Shown here piece after piece: positions 16,981 through 27,400 of a stretch of 64,000 nt of DNA. A program made the position numbers and the translations under genes. The DNA lies in the NCBI GenBank assembly GCA_016195025.1, contig JACQAL010000036.1, forward strand, positions 19,411 through 83,410, given 5' to 3'. Under the pieces are notes generated by a model. The model saw nothing but the letters and a program-made list of their open reading frames with translations. It did not search any database and had not been told where the DNA came from. Each line of letters opens with the position of its first letter. Positions within the stretch are counted from its first letter, which is position 1. Source of the DNA: Bacteroidota bacterium. Its GTDB lineage: Bacteria > Bacteroidota > Bacteroidia > Palsa-948.

Positions 16981-18531
16981 ATGGAAACCATAGAAGAAAA
17001 AATTACAATTGAAAAACAGGAAACCAACATCAATAAATTGTTTCCTATTTTTTTAAAGCTGGAGAAACTGAAAGTTCTCATTGTAGGCGGAGGAAATGTT
17101 GCGCTGGAAAAACTGAATGCAGTTCTTGCAAACAGTCCCGAAACGAATATAACTATTGTTGCGCCCGAAATCATAAATGAGATTTTCAAAATCTCCTATG
17201 AAAATGAGAATGTGAAAATAAAACAGCGCGTGTTTTTTCCCGGTGATTTGTTCAATGCAGATATTGTGATTGCCGCCACTGGCGACCACGACACGAACAA
17301 AATCATAAAGGACGAAGCGAAGAAGCGCGAAATGCTTGTGAACGTTGCCGATACTCCGGAGCTTTGCGACTTTTATCTTGGAAGCATTGTGAACAAAGGC
17401 GATTTGAAAATTGCCGTTTCTACAAATGGAAAATCTCCCACGCTTGCCAAGCGCGTCAAGGAAGTTTTGAATGATGCTATTCCGAATGAAACACAAAATG
17501 TTTTGGACAATCTCGAAGTGATTAGAAAAAAGTTGAACGGAAATTTTTCAGAGAAAGTAAAAAAGTTAAATGAAATTACTTCGGTATTAGCAGTGGAAAA
17601 TAATATTCATTCACTTCAGCCACACTTGCTGGTTGAAGAGGAAGAAAAACCAAAATACAAGCAGGCGAAATATTGGGTTATTTATTCCTTCTCCGCAATT
17701 GCATTGATGATTGTCGGGCATCTTTTATTTTCGTATTTGCCGCTGAATGCAATCGGAGGTTATATAGGTGAAGTTGCCGGTAAAATTGACAGCACACTTT
17801 TAATTTTTGTTGTCGGAGGATTTTTGGCGCAAATGGTAGATGGCGCGCTTGGAATGGCGTACGGAGTTACGGCAACAACTTTTCTTTTATCATTCGGAAT
17901 TTCTCCGGCTGCTGCGAGTGCAAGCGTGCACGCTTCGGAAATTTTTACGACCGGTGCTTCCGGAATTTCTCATCTGCGTTTTAAAAATGTGAACACAAAA
18001 TTGTTTCGCAATCTTTTAATCCCGGGAATTCTCGGAGCAATTCTCGGAGCATACATTTTATCTTCTCTGGAAAATTATGCGGTGTATATCAAACCTTTCG
18101 TTTCAGTTTATACATTGATTCTCGGAGTGGTGATTATCCGAAAAGCGATTCGGAAAATCCAGACGAAGAAAAAAATAAAACGAGTCGGACGCCTTGCTTT
18201 CATCGGAGCATTTCTCGATTCCATTGGCGGTGGCGGATGGGGACCGATTGTTTCTTCCACACTTATTGCGCGCGGAAGAAGCTGGCGCTACACCATCGGT
18301 TCGGTAAACCTTGCAGAATTTTTTGTAACACTTGCAAGTTCGATTACATTTTTCACCGTAATAGGAATTCATCACTGGTATGTAATTATCGGTTTAATCA
18401 TTGGCGGAATGATTGCCGCGCCTTTTGCCGCTTATCTCACTTCAAAAATTCCGGTTCGCGCAGGATTAATTACAGTAGGAGTTGTGGTGATTGTTGTAAG
18501 TTTGAGGATTCTTTTTAAAACATTCTTTTAG
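16981..18531 (+). CDS. fusion of a CysG N-terminal-like precorrin-2 dehydrogenase/sirohydrochlorin ferrochelatase domain with a TSUP (TauE/SafE, DUF81) membrane transporter domain
   Basis: Residues ~1-210 carry the Rossmann motif VLIVGGGNVALEK of Met8/CysG-N. Residues ~230-516 are polytopic, with the TSUP glycine motif (LDSIGGGGWGPIV). Confidence 0.7.
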   Translation: METIEEKITIEKQETNINKLFPIFLKLEKLKVLIVGGGNVALEKLNAVLANSPETNITIVAPEIINEIFKISYENENVKIKQRVFFPGDLFNADIVIAATGDHDTNKIIKDEAKKREMLVNVADTPELCDFYLGSIVNKGDLKIAVSTNGKSPTLAKRVKEVLNDAIPNETQNVLDNLEVIRKKLNGNFSEKVKKLNEITSVLAVENNIHSLQPHLLVEEEEKPKYKQAKYWVIYSFSAIALMIVGHLLFSYLPLNAIGGYIGEVAGKIDSTLLIFVVGGFLAQMVDGALGMAYGVTATTFLLSFGISPAAASASVHASEIFTTGASGISHLRFKNVNTKLFRNLLIPGILGAILGAYILSSLENYAVYIKPFVSVYTLILGVVIIRKAIRKIQTKKKIKRVGRLAFIGAFLDSIGGGGWGPIVSSTLIARGRSWRYTIGSVNLAEFFVTLASSITFFTVIGIHHWYVIIGLIIGGMIAAPFAAYLTSKIPVRAGLITVGVVVIVVSLRILFKTFF

Positions 18532-19235
18532 TGAGCGCTGAAAAAATAAATAGAATTGAAAAACTTGTTTCTGGAAAATCTCCGGAAGAATCTCTTGCTT
18601 TGCTTTCAAAAGAATTTTCCGGGACAATAATTTTCTCCACCAGTTTTGGTTTGGAAGACCAGGCAATCACGCATATTATTTTTTCACAAAATGTTCCGAT
18701 AAAAGTTTTCACTCTTGAAACAGGAAGATTGTTTCCCGAAACATATTCTGTTTGGAACAACACCAGAAAAAAATATGGGAAGAACATAGAATCTTTTTCT
18801 CCGAATGAAACCGCAGTGCAGAAATTAGTTTCAGAAAAAGGCCCGAACAGTTTTTATGAATCAGTTGAAAACAGATTAGAATGTTGTTTCATACGCAAAG
18901 TAGAACCGCTGCAGCGCGCGTTGATGGGAAATGAAATCTGGATTACGGGAATCCGAAAAAAACAATCGCAGCACAGAAATATTCTTTCTTCGGTGGAATG
19001 GGATGAGAAAAACAATATTGTAAAGTTTCATCCTTTGTTTGACTGGAGTTTTGATGAAGTAAAAAGTTTTATAAAGAAAAATAATATTCCCTATAATTCT
19101 TTGCACGACAAAGGATTTCCCAGTATCGGATGTCAGCCCTGCACGCGAGCAGTAAAAAACGGAGAAGATGCCCGAGCGGGAAGATGGTGGTGGGAAGACA
19201 CAACTAAAAAAGAATGCGGATTACATACACATTGA
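18531..19235 (+). CDS. cysH: phosphoadenylyl-sulfate (PAPS) reductase, thioredoxin-dependent
   Basis: The C-terminus ...SIGCQPCTR...ECGLH matches E. coli CysH. No CC...CxxC Fe-S motif is present. Confidence 0.85.
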   Translation: MSAEKINRIEKLVSGKSPEESLALLSKEFSGTIIFSTSFGLEDQAITHIIFSQNVPIKVFTLETGRLFPETYSVWNNTRKKYGKNIESFSPNETAVQKLVSEKGPNSFYESVENRLECCFIRKVEPLQRALMGNEIWITGIRKKQSQHRNILSSVEWDEKNNIVKFHPLFDWSFDEVKSFIKKNNIPYNSLHDKGFPSIGCQPCTRAVKNGEDARAGRWWWEDTTKKECGLHTH

Positions 19236-19238
19236 ATT

Positions 19239-20144
19239 ATGAAATATCATTTAGATTATCTTGACCAACTCGAATCCGAATCTATTCACATTTTTCGTGA
19301 AGTGGTGGGGCAATTTGAACGCCCTGCGCTTTTATTTTCCGGAGGAAAAGATTCCATCACATTAGTTCATCTTGCACTGAAAGCATTCCGTCCGGGAAAA
19401 TTTCCCTTTCCTTTAGTTCACATTGATACCGAACATAATTTTCCGGAAGCAATTCAGTTCAGAGACGAGTTGGTAAAAAAAATAGGAGAGAAATTAATTG
19501 TGCGAAGTGTTGGAGATACGATTAAACAAAAAGGATTGGTTGAACAAAGAGGAAGATTCTACAGCCGAAACGCTTTGCAAACCTATACGTTGCTTGACAC
19601 GATTGAAGAATTCCGTTTTGATGCTTGTATTGGTGGAGCACGCAGAGATGAAGAAAAAGCGCGAGCGAAAGAAAGAGTTTTTTCTGTGCGTGATGAATTC
19701 GGGCAGTGGGATCCGAAAAAACAAAGACCGGAGTTGTGGAGCATTTACAACGGAAGAATCCGTCAGGGAGAAAATGTGCGCGTGTTTCCGATTTCCAACT
19801 GGACAGAACTGGACGTTTGGAATTACATCAAGCGTGAGAAAATTGATTTGCCTTCCATTTATTTTTCTCACAAAAGAAAATGCATTGTTCGCCCCGGTGG
19901 CTTGCTGGCACTGACTGATTTTGTTTACACCGATGCGGACGATAGAATTGAAGAAAGAAAAGTTCGCTTCCGTACTGTTGGTGATGCAACATGTACCGCT
20001 GCGGTAGAATCAGAAGCAAATTCACTGGATGATATCATCCGTGAAATAGAAGAAACAAAAATCTCCGAACGCGGTGCAACGCGTTTGGATGACCAAACTT
20101 CCGATGCTTCGATGGAAGACAGGAAAAAGGGTGGTTATTTCTAA
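19239..20144 (+). CDS. cysD: sulfate adenylyltransferase subunit 2
   Basis: PP-loop SGGKDS and strong CysD similarity throughout. Confidence 0.9.
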   Translation: MKYHLDYLDQLESESIHIFREVVGQFERPALLFSGGKDSITLVHLALKAFRPGKFPFPLVHIDTEHNFPEAIQFRDELVKKIGEKLIVRSVGDTIKQKGLVEQRGRFYSRNALQTYTLLDTIEEFRFDACIGGARRDEEKARAKERVFSVRDEFGQWDPKKQRPELWSIYNGRIRQGENVRVFPISNWTELDVWNYIKREKIDLPSIYFSHKRKCIVRPGGLLALTDFVYTDADDRIEERKVRFRTVGDATCTAAVESEANSLDDIIREIEETKISERGATRLDDQTSDASMEDRKKGGYF

Positions 20145-20165
20145 GAAAACATTATAAAAAATTTG

Positions 20166-20247
20166 TAGGCGAGAGAGGATTTGAACCTCCACGGGTTTCC
20201 CCACTGGTTTCTAAGACCAGCACGTCTGCCAGTTCCGCCACTCGCCC
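20166..20247 (-). tRNA. tRNA-Leu (anticodon TAG), type II with a long variable arm
   Basis: Hand-folded cloverleaf. Acceptor GGGCGAG/CTCGCCT, anticodon loop CTTAGAA, variable arm TGGGGAAACCCGT, T-loop TTCAAAT. No encoded CCA. Confidence 0.8.
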
Positions 20248-20303
20248 GCGTTACTGCAAAATGTTTTGGCAAAAATAATATAAATCATTCGGCATGGGAA
20301 ACT

Positions 20304-20570
20304 TCATCCGCCCGGATGTTTTCTCAAATGTTCATCGGCAGAAAATGGTCCGGAGCCGTACACGAGAAAAACAAGCAGCAGTGCCACAACAAGAATAGAA
20401 AACCAGAACTGTGAATAAAAATCAAACATTCCGCTTTCTTTCCCGTTGAGAATTACCGCGCCAATCAGAATGGGAATCTGAAAAACAATTGCCCAGCGAG
20501 TAATTAATCCGAGCGCGATTAAAATTCCAGCACCCATCGCAATTCGCTCTATGTTAACTTTAGTTTCCAT
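20304..20570 (-). CDS. small three-TM membrane protein (DoxX-like?)
   Basis: Three hydrophobic helices. Weak family assignment. Confidence 0.4.
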   Translation of the reverse strand: METKVNIERIAMGAGILIALGLITRWAIVFQIPILIGAVILNGKESGMFDFYSQFWFSILVVALLLVFLVYGSGPFSADEHLRKHPGG

Positions 20571-20668
20571 ATTGATTTTTCGTTTAAGGTACGGAAGCGA
20601 AGCAATTACTAAAAATTAAATTCGATGCCTTGCAAATAATTACTCATGCGCTGTTTCCATCATAAGAA

Positions 20669-21364
20669 TTATGCAAGAAATTTCAGGCGCTGCATCAGCC
20701 CTTTTAATTTTGAACGGCTCACAGGAATAAGTTTCGGACCAAGCACCAAGCAATTATCTTCTATCTCCGAAATTTTATCAAGCCGGATGATGTAAGAATT
20801 ATGTGCGCGGAAAAATTTTTTTTCAGAGAGGGCTTTTTCCATTCCCTTCATAGTGGAATGGATGGTGTATTTATTGACTGATCTGTGAATGGTTACATAA
20901 TCTGCCAGCGCTTCCACAAACAAAATATCACGCGTATCAATTTTCACAAGGCGGGAATTCACCTTAATAAATAAATGTTCCTCATCGTGCGAAGAAATTC
21001 CTGTCTGCATTTCGTGCATTCGTTTGGCTTTTGTAATGGAGCGGAAAAAACGTTCGTTCGAAATTGGTTTCACTATAAAATCGGTTACTTCAAAATCAAA
21101 TGCGTCCACTGCAAAATCTTTATTCGAGGAAATTAAAATCACCTGTGGGCGCTCTTCTTTCAACGCGTTCATCAGTTCCAGTCCGTTTGTTTCGGGCATC
21201 ATCACATCGAGAATCATTAAATCCACTTGTTCGCCCATTAATGCAGTAATTGCTTCTGCAGGAGAAGAACAGGACTGGGCCAGATTCAAAAAAGAAACTT
21301 GCGCAATTTTATTTTCCAAATCGAGCCGGGCAGTAGCATCATCGTCTACAATTATGCAGTTCAT
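20669..21364 (-). CDS. LytTR-family response regulator (receiver plus LytTR DNA-binding domain), orphan
   Basis: Receiver motifs (IVDDD..., LDVMMP). The C-terminal LytTR domain has the ...HRS.... shape. No histidine kinase is adjacent. Confidence 0.8.
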   Translation of the reverse strand: MNCIIVDDDATARLDLENKIAQVSFLNLAQSCSSPAEAITALMGEQVDLMILDVMMPETNGLELMNALKEERPQVILISSNKDFAVDAFDFEVTDFIVKPISNERFFRSITKAKRMHEMQTGISSHDEEHLFIKVNSRLVKIDTRDILFVEALADYVTIHRSVNKYTIHSTMKGMEKALSEKKFFRAHNSYIIRLDKISEIEDNCLVLGPKLIPVSRSKLKGLMQRLKFLA

Positions 21365-21973
21365 ATAGGAGGAATCGAAAAATGTATGCCAACTATCGAA
21401 AGAAAATTAAAAAATTATTTTCCGTTCTATCTTTGAATAGAATGTTCTTTGAAGTATAGTAGCCGGCAGAAAAAGGAAAAAAACAAAAGGTTGTTCTACC
21501 GCTAAAACAGTAATCCAACTTAGGTTTTTGAGTTTTTCTCCGGCGATATATATACAATGGCTGAAGAAGTTAGTATGAGAATTATTTTTCTTGAGCCGAT
21601 AATGAGAAAGGGCGGCTTTCGCAGAATTTTTTCCTGACGGAAAAGGCATTGCAGTAAAAAAATCTACTCTGCGAAAGCGCTCGGACTCATTAAATATGAT
21701 AGAAACTATTTTCTCATCCTGCATCAACGGATGATGATATCATCGTTTCGAGACAAAGTTGAAGTCAGATAAGAGGTTGGATGAGAAAAAACGCAGGCAG
21801 AGAGGACGAGAGCAATTTACCGATTTATCGGCATTTTGCTACTTCCTCTCAGAATGCTTGCGTGATGTAAATTATAAGCCGCAGAACTGCAAAACGGGTA
21901 GGAAAATATTTTTAGAAAAAAAAATTTTGATTCCTGTACTTGCGAATGAAAAAGATTCTGCGGTTTATTTTTG

Positions 21974-22045
21974 TGGTCTCACCCGGATTCGAACCGGGAT
22001 TTTGAGCTCCGGAGACCCATGTACTATCCATTATACTATAAGACC
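21974..22045 (-). tRNA. tRNA-Arg (anticodon CCG)
   Basis: Cloverleaf with anticodon loop CTCCGGA, identical to the E. coli Arg-CCG loop. T-arm CCCGG/TTCGAAT/CCGGG. Confidence 0.7.
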
Positions 22046-22076
22046 AAAAAATAGAATTACAAAAGCGAAGAAAATG

Positions 22077-22160
22077 TGCCCGGAAAAGGAATCGAACCTT
22101 CACGGTATTGCTACCATTGGTGTTTGAGACCAACGCGTCTACCAGTTCCGCCATCCGGGC
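22077..22160 (-). tRNA. tRNA-Leu (anticodon CAA), type II
   Basis: GCCCGGATGGCGGAACTGGTAGACGCG..., anticodon loop CTCAAAC, long variable arm, T-loop TTCGATT. Confidence 0.8.
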
Positions 22161-22191
22161 AGGGATGCAAATGTAAAATTGATTGTCAAAT

Positions 22192-22602
22192 CTAAATCCG
22201 TTTCAGATAAAAATTTTCCTGCGTGCGCATTTCTTTTTTCTCTTTTGCCTTTTTGTCTTTGTAGCCGCAGAGGTGTAGAATTCCGTGAATCATTACGCGA
22301 TTTAATTCGTTCTGAAATGATGCGCCAAACTTTTTTGCATTTTCTTGCACGCGCGGAATGCTGATGAAAATTTCTGCCGTTAATTTTGGGGATGGATATT
22401 GAAAAGTGATAATATCCGTAAGCGTATTATGCTTAAGAAATTTTTTATTCAGCGAAAGAAGAAATTTATCATCGCAGAAAATAAAATTAATTTCTCCGGC
22501 TTTTCTTTTTTCTTTACCAATAACAGAGATAAGAAATTTTTTCACAGCATTTTCTTTCTTCAATGAAAAAGAAATATTCTGTGAAAAAAAATGAACAGCC
22601 AT
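22192..22602 (-). CDS. ybeY: rRNA maturation endoribonuclease YbeY
   Basis: HGILHLCGYKDK, which is the H..LHL.GYDH zinc motif. Confidence 0.8.
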   Translation of the reverse strand: MAVHFFSQNISFSLKKENAVKKFLISVIGKEKRKAGEINFIFCDDKFLLSLNKKFLKHNTLTDIITFQYPSPKLTAEIFISIPRVQENAKKFGASFQNELNRVMIHGILHLCGYKDKKAKEKKEMRTQENFYLKRI

Positions 22603-22612
22603 TCAGCAGTTC

Positions 22613-23950
22613 TTAGAAGAGTTTGTGAGTTTCTAAAAACTTTGTTGTGTAATTTCCTTTTCGGAAATCCTCGTTCTCCATTAGTTTGATGTGAAAAGCA
22701 ATTGTAGTTTTCACGCCTTCAATTACAAATTCTCCGAGCGCGCGGTGCATTTTTGAAATGGCTTCTTCGCGTGTTTGCGCAACGGTAATCAGTTTTGCAA
22801 CCATTGAATCGTAATAAGGCGGAATCACGTAGCCGGCATAAATGTGAGTGTCCACGCGAATGCCATGCCCGCCCGGTACATGCAGCGTGGTGATTTTTCC
22901 CGGTGAAGGACGGAAATCATTTTGCGGATCTTCGGCATTAATGCGGCACTCGATGGAATGCAGTTGCGGAAAATAATTTTTCCCTGAAATAGGAACTCCG
23001 GCTGCAATCTGAATTTGCTCGCGGATTAAATCGTAGTCAATCACTTCTTCCGTGATCGGATGCTCGACTTGAATCCGTGTGTTCATCTCCATGAAATAAA
23101 AATTGCGGTGCTTGTCAACCAGAAATTCTATTGTGCCCACACCTTCGTATTTAATTGCGTTGGCAAGTTTCACAGCGGCTTCGCCCATAGCGTTGCGCAG
23201 TTCCGGAGTCATAAACGGGGAAGGTGTTTCTTCAGCAAGTTTCTGATGCCGTCTTTGAATCGAGCAATCCCGTTCGGAAAGATGACATGCTTTTCCATAT
23301 TGGTCGCCCGCAATCTGAATTTCTATATGGCGCGGCTCCTCAATAAATTTTTCCATGTACATGCCGTCATTTCCAAAAGAGGCGAGCGCTTCTTTGCGCG
23401 CAGATTCCCAGGCGTGCTCGATTTCTTTTTCTTCGTGAACAATGCGCATTCCTTTTCCTCCGCCACCCGCAGTTGCTTTCATCAAAACGGGATAGCCGAT
23501 TTTTTTTGCAGTGGCTTTTGCATCTTCCAAACTTTCGAGCAAACCATCCGAGCCGGGAACGCAGGGAACTCCGGCTTTTTTCGCAGTGGCTTTTGCCGAT
23601 GCTTTGTCGCCCATTGCATCAATCATTTCCGGTGTGGGACCGATGAATTTTATTTCGTGCTCGGCACAAATCTGGGCGAACTTGGAACGCTCAGATAAAA
23701 ATCCATAGCCGGGATGAATGGCATCTGCATTGGTGATTTCAGCTGCAGCAATAATATTTGGAATGTTCAGATAAGAATCTTTGCTTGCTGGCGGACCTAT
23801 GCAAACCGCTTCATCGGCAAAACGAACGTGTAAAGAATCTTTATCGGCAGTGGAATAAACGGCAACCGTTTTTATTCCCATTTCCTTGCAGGAACGAATG
23901 ATTCGCAGGGCAATTTCCCCGCGATTGGCTATAAGTATTTTTTTAAACAC
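22613..23950 (-). CDS. accC: acetyl-CoA carboxylase biotin carboxylase subunit
   Basis: ATP-grasp biotin carboxylase beginning [19 protein letters not shown]..., with strong conservation throughout. Confidence 0.9.
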   Translation of the reverse strand: MFKKILIANRGEIALRIIRSCKEMGIKTVAVYSTADKDSLHVRFADEAVCIGPPASKDSYLNIPNIIAAAEITNADAIHPGYGFLSERSKFAQICAEHEIKFIGPTPEMIDAMGDKASAKATAKKAGVPCVPGSDGLLESLEDAKATAKKIGYPVLMKATAGGGGKGMRIVHEEKEIEHAWESARKEALASFGNDGMYMEKFIEEPRHIEIQIAGDQYGKACHLSERDCSIQRRHQKLAEETPSPFMTPELRNAMGEAAVKLANAIKYEGVGTIEFLVDKHRNFYFMEMNTRIQVEHPITEEVIDYDLIREQIQIAAGVPISGKNYFPQLHSIECRINAEDPQNDFRPSPGKITTLHVPGGHGIRVDTHIYAGYVIPPYYDSMVAKLITVAQTREEAISKMHRALGEFVIEGVKTTIAFHIKLMENEDFRKGNYTTKFLETHKLF

Positions 23951-24065
23951 AAATTTGGTTTAAGGTTATTGGTTTATTAGTTTTAGTTGATTGGTTTTTA
24001 GTTTTTGTTAACCAGAACCGGCAACTAAAAACCAAAATCAATAACTAAGAAACAAAGAACTAAAA

Positions 24066-24482
24066 TCAGTTTTTAATAGAAACGTCCACTACAAATTTAT
24101 TCTTGAGCAATCTTCTTCCGATTAAAACGGGGTAGCGCATAGCCCCCCGGTCGGTGAGCGAAATTATTGATTTTATTGTTCTGCCCGCAATGCGAATTTT
24201 TGTTTTGATTACAAATCTTTTTTCCGCTTCCCCGAAGGAATTTTTTATTTTTTTCTGCGAGAAATTTTCGAAGCAATGTTCTTTTTCATTGAAGACAGGA
24301 TGCGTGGGGTCGAGCACCTTGAAACATAATTTTTTTTCTTTCACGCGGATGGCATGGCAATGCAAGGTGTTTGAGTAGGCGCCTGTATCTATCTTGGCAA
24401 AAATTCCGGTAACACCGAGCTCCGGAAAATCCACCATTTCCCTTCTGCCGATGATTTGTTTGGGTTTTATTTTTTTTTGCAT
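24066..24482 (-). CDS. DUF785 / RimK-associated retropepsin-like putative protease
   Basis: Size and motifs (KIDTGA...) of the 'ATP-dependent zinc protease' (PF05618) family. Confidence 0.55.
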   Translation of the reverse strand: MQKKIKPKQIIGRREMVDFPELGVTGIFAKIDTGAYSNTLHCHAIRVKEKKLCFKVLDPTHPVFNEKEHCFENFSQKKIKNSFGEAEKRFVIKTKIRIAGRTIKSIISLTDRGAMRYPVLIGRRLLKNKFVVDVSIKN

Positions 24483-24483
24483 G

Positions 24484-27400
24484 CTAAACTTTTACGCCCA
24501 TCACGAGTATATCATCAATCTGCTCCAGGTTTCCTTTCCATTCTTCAATGGTTTCATCCAGAATTATTTTTTGTTGCTCCATCGGTTTATGGTGGATAGA
24601 AAGAATTAATTCTTTCAACCGGCTGCGTTTGAATTTTTTTCCTTGCTTTCCTCCAAACTGGTCGCCATAGCCGTCCGAATAAAGATAAATCGTATCACCT
24701 TTCTGAATTTCCAGTTCGTGGTTGGTGAAATTTTTTCTCGAGATGAATTGCCCGATGGGCTGCTTGTCTCCGCGGATTTCTTTCAACTCGCCATTCCGAA
24801 TCAAAAGCATCGGATGATTTGCCCCGCTGAATTCCAGTTTCATATTTTTCCGGTCAAGACCGCAGAGAGAAATATCCATTCCGTCTTTTATATCCTGCGT
24901 TTCTCCTCCGCGGCTCAACACATCAGTTACGCCCTCATTTAACTTGTCGAGAATTTCTGAAGGAGTACGCAGTTGAAACATTATTATTGCGCGCTGAATA
25001 TTTCCATGCGCCACCAAACTTACAAATGCTCCGGGAACTCCGTGCCCGGTGCAATCAATGGCGGCAAAAAACAATTTACTTTCTTTTTTATTTGCCCAGT
25101 AAAAATCTCCGCTCACAATATCTTTCTGCTTGAAGAGAACAAAATAATCTTCCATGTGCTCGTCCATATATTTTTTTGCAGGAAGCAGCGCATCCTGAAT
25201 CCGTTTTGCATAACGGATGCTGCTGGTAATGTCTTTATTTTTTTCTTCAATGATTTTTTTCTGCTCCACCACTTCGTGTGTGCGCTGTTCCACTTTTTCT
25301 TCAAGAATTTTATTTTGCCGCTGCAGCGCTTTCACGCGGAGTTTCATCGAAACATAAAAAAATGCTGCAAGAAAAATTGCGCAAAGCAGATAAAACCACA
25401 CTGTTTTCCAGAAGGGCGGCTTAATGACGAAGTGATACGAAACCGGTTCGCTCCACATTCCTTCCGCGTTGGAAGCAGAAACTTGGAAAGTATATTCTCC
25501 GTTCGGCAGATTCGGATACGAAGCCATTCTGTTTTCAGTGGGAAGCGACCACTCTTTATTGTGCCCATCGAGTTTATAGCGGTAGCGCACTTTTTCGGGC
25601 GCGCGCAAAAAAGTTCCCATGAATTCAAACACAAACTGGTTTTGCTTGTAACTGAATTCCGGAGAAGCATTCATCGGGTAAAGTTGAAGCATCACCTGCA
25701 ATCCCGTGAGTTGAGTTTTTGGCGCGAGATAATCGAGTGAGTCGAAGGAAGAACGAAACCTTATAATTCCGTTGTCGGTTCCCATCCACACAATTCCGTT
25801 TTTATCGCGGAAGAAAACATTTTGATTGGGAGAAAAATCATTTCCCGCTTCGCTGAAATTATATTGGCGTGCTTGCTTTGGATTTTTTCCGTCAAGCACA
25901 TCTATGCCGTTGTCGTGCGCAATCACCACATCGTTTCCCGCCCCGAGGGAAAGAATATCGGGCGACAAATCGCGGATTCCATTTTCAGTTCCGTAGTTCG
26001 TGAATGTTCTCCCGTTGTAAGAATAAATTCCTCCTTCCTGCGTGGCAAACCAAATAAGCCCGCTTTCGTCTTCGATGATGGAATAAACAATATCGCTTTT
26101 TAATCCTCCTGCTTTTGTGTTGAAGGAAGAAAAAAATTTCCCATCGTAGCGCGTAATGCCTCCGCCATCGGTGCCAAACCATAAAATATTTCTGCTGTCG
26201 CGGAAAGCGTAATACGCATAAATACTTCCGATGCCGTCTTCCTCCGAAAAATTTTTGACAGCGGATTTTCCCCTGTAATTTTCTTCCGTGAAAGAAATTT
26301 TTGAAACGCCTCCGCCTAAAGTCGCAAGCCAGATGTTTCCGTCTTTATCATCGCAGATGGACATGATGTTGTTGCTCGCCAGCCCTTGCGCTTCTGAAAA
26401 AATTGTTGTGCTGCCTGTTTCAGGGTTCAGAAGATAAGCGCCATGCCCGTAAGTTCCAACCCACACGTTTCCGTTTTTCCCTTCGAAGAGAGAAACGATT
26501 CTGAAGTCAGATTTTTTATCGCTGAAAAATAATTTGCTCTTGGGAATTCCCGATTCATCAAAATGAAAAGTGAACAACCCTTTTGGCGTGCTTATCCAGT
26601 AATTTCCTTTTGAATCGTTCATCAGCGCGCGAATGGAATCGGAAGGCAGCCCATCTTTCATAGTAAAAACTTCGAAGCGGCTGCGGCAATATTGCGTCAA
26701 ACCTTTTTCGGTTCCAATCCAGATATTTTTTTCTGTGTCTTCAAAAAGCACTTGAACTTTCTGATTGGAATGCGCATTGTGCCCTGAAACAGGAAATCGG
26801 AAATAGTAGTTGTCACGAACGGTGAATGCAATCAAACCGCCTTCGGCTTCCGCACCAATCCACACCGCGCCTGAATAATCTACGAGCATGGAATAAATGG
26901 GGCCGAATTTCCACCCGCCTTTTATTCCGGGACGAATAATTTTTTTCTCTGCCAAATCATAATTGCAGAAACCCGAATCGCGCATGGCAATCCAGATTTT
27001 TCCCTTCCGGTCTTTTAAAATTATCGGAACAATATTATCGGGAAGCCCGCTTTTTGTGGTGAGATAATTTTTTTTGCCGCCTTCCAGAATAGTAATTCCC
27101 CCATCAGTGCCGAGCCAGATGCTTCCTTCTTTTGCTTCGCAGATGGAATACACAAAATCATCGCTCAATCCGTTTTTAGAATTATAATGAGAAATATTTT
27201 TCCCATCGAAAAGATATGTGCCCGAACCATATGTTCCAATCCAGACATTTTTTTTGCTGTCGGCAACAATGCAGGAAATTTTTTCTTTATCGGCAGAATC
27301 TTTCTGTGTGAAAGAAGAAAACTTTTCATTCCGGAGGAGAGAAATTTTTCCATCGGCATAACCAATCCAAAGTATGCTGTCTGAATTTTCGAGAAGTGCA

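Noticed and set aside
21407-21727. 106-aa minus-strand ORF downstream of the LytTR gene
   Set aside because: It has no signal, domain or conserved motif. It lies in an AT-rich non-coding-looking stretch with a long hairpin. It is kept only as part of the ncRNA-candidate finding.
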